Assembly (NCBI RefSeq): GCF_000020025.1 | Contig: NC_010628.1 | Location: 6,810,001-6,842,000 of the forward strand | Length of the DNA stretch: 32,000 bases | Source of the DNA: Nostoc punctiforme PCC 73102 | GTDB taxonomy: Bacteria; Cyanobacteriota; Cyanobacteriia; Cyanobacteriales; Nostocaceae | Reading direction: 5' to 3' | Shown here: piece by piece, positions 18,207-25,193 of the stretch | Layout of the letters: each line of letters begins with the position of its first letter | Numbering within the stretch: position 1 is the first letter of the stretch | Notes under the pieces: generated by a model | Seen by the model: the letters and a program-made list of their open reading frames with translations, nothing else | Databases searched by the model: none | What the model was told of the DNA's origin: nothing | Made by a program: the position numbers and the translations under genes

Positions 18207-19327
18207 AAATAGAAGCTCTCCACGAAGAACTACCACTGCTTGAGCTTTTTACACAACTGCGCGAGGCAGGTTTACCCTTGGGTATCGATGAATACCGCCT
18301 TGTTTTGACAGCTTTACAAGAAGGCTTTGGCACGACTGACCAAGAAGCGTTAGCAGAACTGTGCCGTACCTTGTGGGTAAAATCCCAGGATGAAGAACAC
18401 CTCTTCAACTATCACTTTCAACAAGTAATAACAGAACCTTATCCTGTAAGACCTTTTGTCAGGAAGGAAGAAGAGAAAACATCTTCCAGAATGCAAGAAG
18501 CGGTAGAAAGTGACGATAATTATTCACCTGATTTGCTCAATACAACACCGACCACTGTACCCGTTTCATCGGAATTAATGGAAGTACAGGATGAGATGCA
18601 AGTGGCTGAAGCAGTACAGATTACTACTCAAAAAAATGAGGAAATTACTGTTAATCGCTTTACCGAAACCGATGAGTATTTTCCAGTGACGCGGCGACAG
18701 ATGAAACAAAGCTGGCGGCATTTACGCCGAATGGTACGCCAAGGTTTGCCCACAAAGTTAGACATAGAGGCAACTATTGAGCAATTGGTACGGCAGGGGG
18801 TTTTGCTAGAGCCTGTACTGATGCCCAGTCGGGTAAATAGAACTGAACTACTTTTGCTGATTGATCATAAGGGATCGATGGTTCCCTTTCACGCACTATC
18901 CCAGCGATTAGCCCAGACAGCATTACGAGGCGGACGCTTAGGAAAAGCTAGTATTTACTACTTTCACAATTGCCCAACCAAGTATCTTTACCATGACCAG
19001 ACGCGCCAAAAAGCCGAACCTGTCACAGATTTTCTAGCTCAGTTGCGCCCAGACCGTTCCGCTGTATTAATTTTTAGTGATGGGGGTGCAGCACGCGGCG
19101 GTTTTAGTCTGGAACGGCTGGAGTTAACCCAAAAATTTTTAGACCAGTTGAAACAGCGATCGCGTTATATTGCATGGCTGAATCCAATGGCAACAGAGCG
19201 CTGGTTTGGCACAACAGCAGGAGAAATTGTCCGTTTAGTGCCGATGTTTGAAGTTAGCCGACAGGGTTTTGATGGTGCGATCGATGTGTTGCAGGGTCGG
19301 GGGATCAATGCACAATTAAGGTACTGA
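18203..19327 (+). CDS. vWA domain protein, CoxE-like
   Basis: The N-terminal LLELFTQLREAGLPLGIDEY...AL resembles the CoxE N-region. The C-terminal vWA has ELLLLIDHKGSM (MIDAS position) and AVLIFSDGGA. Translationally coupled to the MoxR gene by a 4-nt overlap. Confidence 0.85.
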   Translation: MKIEALHEELPLLELFTQLREAGLPLGIDEYRLVLTALQEGFGTTDQEALAELCRTLWVKSQDEEHLFNYHFQQVITEPYPVRPFVRKEEEKTSSRMQEAVESDDNYSPDLLNTTPTTVPVSSELMEVQDEMQVAEAVQITTQKNEEITVNRFTETDEYFPVTRRQMKQSWRHLRRMVRQGLPTKLDIEATIEQLVRQGVLLEPVLMPSRVNRTELLLLIDHKGSMVPFHALSQRLAQTALRGGRLGKASIYYFHNCPTKYLYHDQTRQKAEPVTDFLAQLRPDRSAVLIFSDGGAARGGFSLERLELTQKFLDQLKQRSRYIAWLNPMATERWFGTTAGEIVRLVPMFEVSRQGFDGAIDVLQGRGINAQLRY

Positions 19328-19367
19328 CTGTAATCAATTTAACTCGGAGTATTTTAAGGGTAGAGGT

Positions 19368-20936
19368 ATGAAGCCAGAAGTTGCTAGTCGTAGAATTGAG
19401 TCTTTTGGTCAACGCTTTGGGGAAACGCACCTCTACCTGGCTTACCATGCTGCTTTTCCGTTAGCCCTCACACCAGATTTGCTTTACCGCTTGTGGGCCA
19501 ATTTTCAACAAGATATTAATCATGAAGTACTAAATATCCCTTGGATGGCTGTGGCTGATTTACTACTTTCTAGCCTTTGTGATGAGGTGGGACATGAACT
19601 CTATGAGATGGATACAGCAGTACGAAATGCTTTGTTGAAAGAGTTGAGGGAGAATCCTCGTTTTGGCGAAAAGCGGATTAATGAATTGTCTGATTTTTTG
19701 CTTACCTATGTACGGCAACAACTTGATAGCTACGACCCGGATATTCGTGATTTTGCTCAGGCTCAGAAGTGGACAGCGTTAGCCTATACGCGACCAAGTG
19801 AGGCAGCGAGGGATTTAGCATCAGTTCTTGCAAGGTTGAAGTTAGAGGAAAAGGCAGAGTGGGTTCGTATGGCATTGCTGGTGGAAACTTTTGCAGAGCC
19901 ATTAGCAGAATTCCAACCTCTACTAATTTATGCTCGTGGGATGGCAAACTTTGTCTGTGGTTATCAAGAACGTGCGACAACAGAGATTACAGGGTTACTA
20001 GCAAACCAGGAGCCTCAATTACAGATTGCAGGAGTAAACCTGCCAATTCCTGAACAGATAGCTAATTCTTTTGAGGAAGTTAGGTCTATTAATCAGTTCT
20101 CAACTAACTTGACTTCTTCACAATTACCCAGTACTGTTCGCATTTTAGCTGTGGATGATGTAGCAGATAATCTCATCCTAATCCAAACAGTTTTAGAAAG
20201 TGAGGGGTATCAGATAGATTTAGCAGCAGATGGTACAACAGCTTTATCATTAGTTAAAGAATCTCCACCTGATTTAATTATCCTAGATGTAAAAATGCCA
20301 GAAATGGACGGTTATGAGGTTACACGCCGCATCCGCAATAACCATAATCTTCCCTACATTCCGATTCTACTCATCTCAGCATATTTTGAAGCTAGTGTTG
20401 TACAAGGCTTAGATATTGGAGCAAACGATTTTATTCGTAAACCTATTGATGTAGATGAGCTACTAGCAAGGGTGCGCTCGTTGTTGCGGCTAAAAAAAAT
20501 GATTGGTAAAAGTGACAAAATCGAGGATACAGTTGAGTCTACTTTCTACAATATACAAAACAATCCTCTTAGCAATCCGCTTTTTATTAGTACTTATAAT
20601 AATGAAATCAAAGATATTAAAGTTAAGGTTAGACTCTACAATCTAGCAAAAGAACTCAATGTAGACAGCCGAGATATAATGACAATATGTAAGTCTCTTG
20701 GAATTGAAGTCAAAAGCCATAGCAGCACTATTTCTAACACAGATGTTCAGCGAATTCGTGCTGCTTTTAGCAACTATTTGAAAGCTTTTGCACAATCTTT
20801 TCCTACTGAACCTATTACAGAAACAGAAACCCTAAAGGATTCACTCATCTCTCAAAATGGATTAAATTGCTCTCTGTTAGGTGAGCTTCTTACAATAAAA
20901 AATGGCAAGAAGCTGATCAAGAAACCGCACGATTAA
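19368..20936 (+). CDS. Multidomain protein: unknown N-terminal helical domain (~aa 1-235), receiver (REC) domain (aa ~257-377), IF2 N-terminal-like domain (aa ~417-467)
   Basis: REC: ILAVDDVADN, DLIILDVKMPEMDG (Asp307), ILLISA, FIRKP. IF2_N-like: VKVRLYNLAKELNVDSRDIMTICKSLGIEVKSHSSTISNTDVQRIRAAF, very close to the extreme N-terminus of cyanobacterial IF-2 as I recall it. The last ~15 residues look like frame-shifted read-through. Confidence 0.85.
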   Translation: MKPEVASRRIESFGQRFGETHLYLAYHAAFPLALTPDLLYRLWANFQQDINHEVLNIPWMAVADLLLSSLCDEVGHELYEMDTAVRNALLKELRENPRFGEKRINELSDFLLTYVRQQLDSYDPDIRDFAQAQKWTALAYTRPSEAARDLASVLARLKLEEKAEWVRMALLVETFAEPLAEFQPLLIYARGMANFVCGYQERATTEITGLLANQEPQLQIAGVNLPIPEQIANSFEEVRSINQFSTNLTSSQLPSTVRILAVDDVADNLILIQTVLESEGYQIDLAADGTTALSLVKESPPDLIILDVKMPEMDGYEVTRRIRNNHNLPYIPILLISAYFEASVVQGLDIGANDFIRKPIDVDELLARVRSLLRLKKMIGKSDKIEDTVESTFYNIQNNPLSNPLFISTYNNEIKDIKVKVRLYNLAKELNVDSRDIMTICKSLGIEVKSHSSTISNTDVQRIRAAFSNYLKAFAQSFPTEPITETETLKDSLISQNGLNCSLLGELLTIKNGKKLIKKPHD

Positions 20937-21343
20937 TTATTTCGATTGCTGCCGCAGAGAGACAAGGTTGGCTTGGTGTAGAGGAGTTGAAAAATTTTTC
21001 CTGTCAAAATTTACGAACAATTGATCAGCTTTGGGTAAAATACAGTAATGGGAATTTTGGTTTTAGTGTGCAGCAAACTATATGGGAAAGTATTGGATTC
21101 GCTAACAACGTTAGAGACTATTCTATGTGGTGGAATTTTGGTAATCTCGTAGGATGGCGTGTAAAAGATAGATGGCTACCCTACGAACGAATACAATTTA
21201 CAGCCCAAGCTCCCAAAGGACATCTGCCATTTTTTAGAGCATGGATAGGAATGAGAAAAACAGGGCTTGTACATTCAATGCATCAAGTCAATCGTTTTCA
21301 TGCATTTATGTATAGGTGCGCGTTTTGTCACCTGACTCAATAA
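20885..21343 (+). pseudogene. GUN4-like domain reading frame, out-of-frame continuation of the preceding ORF (-1 frame). No credible start codon of its own.
   Basis: The frame opens after the TGA at 20882-20884 and reads ASYNKKWQEADQETARLIISIAAAERQGWLGVEELKNFSCQNLRTIDQLWVKYSNGNFGFSVQ...GWRV...APKGHLPF. This is the typical GUN4-like domain with its upstream W-x-EAD-x-ET helix. The track ORF starts only at a TTG (20987), in the middle of the homologous region. Confidence 0.8.
20897..20903 (+). other. A AAA AAT heptamer at the junction of the REC/IF2_N frame and the GUN4 frame
   Basis: In the upstream frame the codons are ATA AAA AAT GGC. The GUN4 frame reads AAT AAA AAA TGG. One extra A, or a -1 slip on A AAA AAT, joins ...LLGELLTIK to WQEADQET... 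Confidence 0.7.
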
Positions 21344-21465
21344 TAGTTACTATCCTTACAACTAAATAAAAAACAACTCGCTGGTAGGGCTAAAACTGCT
21401 TATGTGGAAAATTTTATAATTTATAGAAAAATAAAAATTGTTGATTTTTGAATATATTTGAAAAT

Positions 21466-21496
21466 GCGATCGCGCCCCTTTACCAAACGCGATCGC
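21466..21496 (-). terminator. Hairpin formed by two HIP1 copies (GCGATCGCG ... CGCGATCGC) downstream of ctaB
   Basis: 9-bp arms at 21466-21474 and 21488-21496 with a 13-nt loop. On the minus strand it is followed by TTTTC (plus strand gAAAA at 21461-21464). It lies 16 nt after the ctaB stop. Confidence 0.4.
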
Positions 21497-21511
21497 TAAA
21501 TTTTCCATCCC

Positions 21512-22465
21512 CTAACCAATAAAATGCAGATGATTACTCACCGCACTAATTAAATTATGGGTAACGGGAAGACTATCAACTACCATCCCCAGACACAACA
21601 GCATCATGTAGGAGATGGAAAAAAGAAACAACTCTTTAGCGACAGCGCGATCCTCTGGATTTTGCAATAAACGCCAAGATTTGTGGATAAATAATCCTCC
21701 CAGAATTAGGGCGATCGCAGCATAAAGAATTCCACTCGCGCCCAAGGGATATACCAATAACACGGTTGCAAACACTGTTACCAGCGTGTAGTACCAAATC
21801 TGCTTTACAGTTGCCGTAGTACCTTCAATCACAGGTAACATTGGTATCCCAACTTTTGCGTAGTCATCTTTAATCATCAGAGCTAAAGCCCAGAAATGGG
21901 GTGGTGTCCACAAGAAGACGATGGCAAAAATCAGCCATGCTGACCAGCTTAATGTCCCCGTGACAGCAGCCCAACCCACTAAAGCCGGAATTGCCCCAGC
22001 CGCACCACCAACAACGATATTCTGAGGGGTGTGGCGTTTTAGCCAGTGGGTATAGACCAAAATATAAAAGACGATGCCAGAGAAAGCTAGCAGCGCGGCT
22101 AACAGATTGGCAAATACTGCCAAGAGTGTAAAGGAAATCGTCGCTAGTGCGATCGCAAAAATTAGAGCATCGCGCGGCTGCACCTTACCCGAAGGTATCG
22201 GACGATGGCGCGTCCGCTCCATGTCATAATCAATATCCCGGTCATAGACACAATTAATCGTCTGGGCGCTTGCAGCAGCCAAAGTGCCACCAGTGAGAGT
22301 TACTAGCAACAGCAATGGGTCTACTTCTCCCTTAGCGGCAATCCACATACTCCCAGCTGTGGTAATCAAAAGCAACGGAATAATCCGAGGCTTGGTTAGC
22401 TGGTAGTAACTTTGAATTACCTGTAAAAATGTTTCGTGGTGGCGAGAGACATTAGTCTCAATCAT
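21512..22465 (-). CDS. ctaB: Protohaem IX farnesyltransferase (haem O synthase)
   Basis: 317 aa polytopic UbiA-family protein. YYQLTKPRIIPLLL, NCVYDRDIDYDMERTRHRP and WTPPHFWALA motifs. Confidence 0.95.
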   Translation of the reverse strand: MIETNVSRHHETFLQVIQSYYQLTKPRIIPLLLITTAGSMWIAAKGEVDPLLLLVTLTGGTLAAASAQTINCVYDRDIDYDMERTRHRPIPSGKVQPRDALIFAIALATISFTLLAVFANLLAALLAFSGIVFYILVYTHWLKRHTPQNIVVGGAAGAIPALVGWAAVTGTLSWSAWLIFAIVFLWTPPHFWALALMIKDDYAKVGIPMLPVIEGTTATVKQIWYYTLVTVFATVLLVYPLGASGILYAAIALILGGLFIHKSWRLLQNPEDRAVAKELFLFSISYMMLLCLGMVVDSLPVTHNLISAVSNHLHFIG

Positions 22466-22600
22466 TTTGGCTCTGATTCCTTATTTTTCAACAACTTATA
22501 TGCAGCCCCCGCTCAAGGTGGCTCTTTCAGGCAAATGAAACACAGATTTTCTGCACCTGCGTGGGTCGCAATACTCGCCGTTGCGGCCATAATTTAGTGC

Positions 22601-22655
22601 TGAGTTAGGAGAGACGCGATTAATTGCGTCTGTTGTACAGGAGTTAGGAGTTAGA
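22601..22655. repeat. Empty copy of the small dispersed palindromic repeat seen at 7826-7918
   Basis: GAGTTAGGAGAGACGCGATTAATTGCGTCTGTTGTACAGGAGTTAGGAGTTAG. Its reverse complement matches the arms of the 7826-7918 copy. Located in the ctaA-ctaB intergenic region. Confidence 0.8.
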
Positions 22656-22697
22656 AATTCTTACTTCCGCTACTCCCCCTGTTCCCTCACTCCATAC

Positions 22698-23636
22698 TCA
22701 GCAGTCATTGCTCAACACTGTGATGTCGCGGCTAGTAGCCCAGTCACGCAGTGCGAGAACTGTAAAAGCCACCAAAGTACCCAGCAAAGCAGCTCCTATA
22801 GCTTGATGAGAGACGGTGAGAGGCTCAACTTGGAGGTGTAATTTGAAAGTGGCGAATCCCAACAAGATTTGTAAGGTTAACAACCCACCAGCTATATTTG
22901 CCAGTCGCCGTAAGGCTGGATGTAGTGCTGGTGTCCGCCAACAGATAAATACCATTGCCAAGGTTGCCACTGTTGGCGGCACCAAACCAGCAATATGGCT
23001 GTACATTACCGTACAAAGTTGAGAACCGCCGAGGCATTGGTGTAGCGCCCAGCGAGAGCCTACCAAAGCACCTAGCAGACTTTGCAGGTAAACCAGAACA
23101 GCAGCAGTTAAACCGACCCAAGGCAACTTACCAACGGTTCCAGTTCCCTGATAGGGAGTGAGTGCCGTGCCGATAATCAGGAGGGTGCTAAAAAATAACA
23201 GCGCCGTTCCTAAGTGAGCGGTAACGATATCAAACCGCAACAGTTCGGTAACGGTGAGTCCTCCCAAGATGCCTTGGAAGACAATTAAAAACAGGGCGAA
23301 TGTGGATGCCCAAGGCAGCCATCTGGGTAAGAAACGACGATGCCACCAGGACAAACCGAAGAGTGCGATCGCGCTTACACCAATTAAAGCCGCATCCAAT
23401 CGGTGAAACCACTCCAGGAACACCTGAAGATTCATTTGCTTGGCTGGCACCAGTTCGCCATAGCATAAGGGCCAGTCTGGGCAAGCAAGTCCAGCATTCA
23501 TCACGCGGGTGGCGCTGCCTATTGCCATCAAAATTAAGGTGGCTATGCATATTTTCCACACCAAGCGACGAATCATTTCCTTGGGCTTTTGCTGCTGAAG
23601 AGCCGCTTCATTTTGTTGTAGGACAAATTCGCTCAT
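22698..23636 (-). CDS. ctaA: Haem A synthase (COX15/CtaA)
   Basis: 312 aa polytopic protein. GLACPDWPLCYG, EWFHR and multiple conserved His residues. Lies upstream of ctaB and divergent from ctaCDE. Confidence 0.9.
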   Translation of the reverse strand: MSEFVLQQNEAALQQQKPKEMIRRLVWKICIATLILMAIGSATRVMNAGLACPDWPLCYGELVPAKQMNLQVFLEWFHRLDAALIGVSAIALFGLSWWHRRFLPRWLPWASTFALFLIVFQGILGGLTVTELLRFDIVTAHLGTALLFFSTLLIIGTALTPYQGTGTVGKLPWVGLTAAVLVYLQSLLGALVGSRWALHQCLGGSQLCTVMYSHIAGLVPPTVATLAMVFICWRTPALHPALRRLANIAGGLLTLQILLGFATFKLHLQVEPLTVSHQAIGAALLGTLVAFTVLALRDWATSRDITVLSNDC

Positions 23637-24040
23637 TAACGATACCTTCTGCCCGCTCTTGGTGGATCTGTTAAAATTTTCAATTTTCTTTTAGCGTCCT
23701 ATCTCCACCCTAGCGTATAGGCTAAGGGTTTATAGATTAGCACTCACTTATACTTTGAATCACTCCAGAAAGGTTTTACCTGAAGCTTTAGGTATTTTTC
23801 AAGATGTCAGAAATGGATTAATCATAATTAATTTAAGCATTCTAAATTTTTCCTTAAACTTTTTCACTGATTTGAATCTATTTTTGGCGTTGTATGATAG
23901 TAAACTCCTACTCAAAATTACTAAAATAGCTAAAAAAATTAATAAAAATTTCAGACCTTTGTCCCCCATGTCTGACAGCCTAGACTACCTTAGTAAGTGA
24001 GTAGCTTCGAGATAACATAGTAAATTCAATTAAGTAAGCC

Positions 24041-25126
24041 GTGAAGATTCCAACTTCCATCTGGACATTACTCATTGGCATCGTGCTAACGCTAGCCAGC
24101 TTTTGGTACGGTCAAAATCACGGTCTGTTGCCAGCAGCCGCCACTGATGAAGCCGTCTTGGTGGATGGTCTGTTCAACGCGATGATGATCGTTTCTACAG
24201 GGATATTTCTGCTCGTTGAAGGTATTTTAATTTACTCTGCATTTAGATATCGTCAGCGTGCAGGTGACAATAAAGACGGTCCACCAGTTGAAGGCAATAT
24301 ACCTCTAGAAATTCTCTGGACGGCGATCCCAGCAATTATCGTTATCGGTATTTCGGTTTACAGCTTTGATGTCTACAACGAAATCGGTGGCTTTGATCCC
24401 CATGCTATTCATGAAGCGCCGATGATGAATCAGGAGTCAATGGCAATGCCTGGAAGTGCGATGGCGGCAACTTTAAGCGATACTCCTCCTAGCACCGAAC
24501 CCAACCTCAATCAAGAAAAATCTGATGAGGCAATGCAAGATCCAGCTACGGCAGCAGTTCGTAATGCTGACCAAATTCCCCAACTGCGGAATGCCCCAGG
24601 TGTAGGTAGTGTTGCTCCGACAATTGGGGGAACTCCTGATAAAGCAGGTAAACCAGCTGAATTACAAGTCAACGTCACTGGTCTACAATATGCCTGGATT
24701 TTCACTTATCCTGAAACTGGTATAACTACAGGTGAAATGCACGTCCCCATCGGGCGAGAAGTGCAAATCAGTATGACCGCCAACGATGTCATTCATGCCT
24801 TCTGGGTGCCAGAGTTCCGCCTGAAACAAGATGCGATTCCTGGTAGGCAAAGCGAGATTCGCTTCACCCCCCAAAAAGCAGGAGATTATACCCTGATCTG
24901 TGCTGAACTTTGTGGCCCCTACCACGGTGCAATGAGAGCGCCAGTAGTTGTTGAGCCACAAGAAGCCTTTGATAAATGGATGCAAGAACAGCTAGTTGCC
25001 AGCAAAGAAACGCTAAATCAAGCCATTGCTGTTAACCCTGCCGATCTATCCCCAAATGAATTTCTTGCTCCTTACACCAAGGATATGGGAATTAAACCAG
25101 AAATTCTGCATCAAGTTCACCATTAA
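24041..25126 (+). CDS. ctaC: Cytochrome c oxidase subunit II
   Basis: GTG start, two N-terminal TM helices, and the CuA site HAFWVPEF...CAELCGPYHGAM. Confidence 0.95.
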   Translation: MKIPTSIWTLLIGIVLTLASFWYGQNHGLLPAAATDEAVLVDGLFNAMMIVSTGIFLLVEGILIYSAFRYRQRAGDNKDGPPVEGNIPLEILWTAIPAIIVIGISVYSFDVYNEIGGFDPHAIHEAPMMNQESMAMPGSAMAATLSDTPPSTEPNLNQEKSDEAMQDPATAAVRNADQIPQLRNAPGVGSVAPTIGGTPDKAGKPAELQVNVTGLQYAWIFTYPETGITTGEMHVPIGREVQISMTANDVIHAFWVPEFRLKQDAIPGRQSEIRFTPQKAGDYTLICAELCGPYHGAMRAPVVVEPQEAFDKWMQEQLVASKETLNQAIAVNPADLSPNEFLAPYTKDMGIKPEILHQVHH

Positions 25127-25151
25127 TCAATATGTTATTTAGTCAAAATCC

Positions 25152-25193
25152 AATGACTAATGACTAATGACTAATGACCAATGACTAATGACT
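25152..25193. repeat. Heptamer tandem repeat (AATGACT/AATGACC) x6, STRR-like
   Basis: Read directly. Six consecutive 7-nt units run into the ctaD start codon (ATG at 25188 lies in the last unit). It resembles the TGAC(C/A)AA-type STRR family of heterocystous cyanobacteria. Confidence 0.85.

Noticed and set aside
20987-21343. Stand-alone 118-aa GUN4 gene starting at the TTG at 20987
   Set aside because: GUN4-type homology (WQEADQETARLIISIAAAERQGWLGVEEL) continues 84 nt upstream of that TTG in the same frame, and no ATG or RBS is present. It is better explained as a frame-shifted continuation of the 19368-20936 ORF.
15374-21343. Mobile-element or prophage origin of the CHAT-MoxR-vWA cluster
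   Set aside because: No integrase, transposase, tRNA gene or flanking direct repeats are visible at either boundary, and HIP1 sites occur within its first 4 kb. Island status can only be tested by synteny comparison, so I make no mobile-element call.
22816-23674. Five overlapping ORFs (22816-23022+, 22825-23121-, 22955-23161+, 23230-23559-, 23300-23674+) within the ctaA locus
   Set aside because: All lie inside or antisense to the well-supported haem A synthase CDS. Their translations are Arg/Pro/Ser-rich with no motifs, which is typical of spurious frames in a GC-richer membrane-protein gene.
23755-24000. 81-aa ORF in the ctaA/ctaC divergent intergenic region
   Set aside because: TTG start, extremely AT-rich, low-complexity Leu/Ile/Asn/Lys translation. 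It occupies what should be the divergent promoter region.
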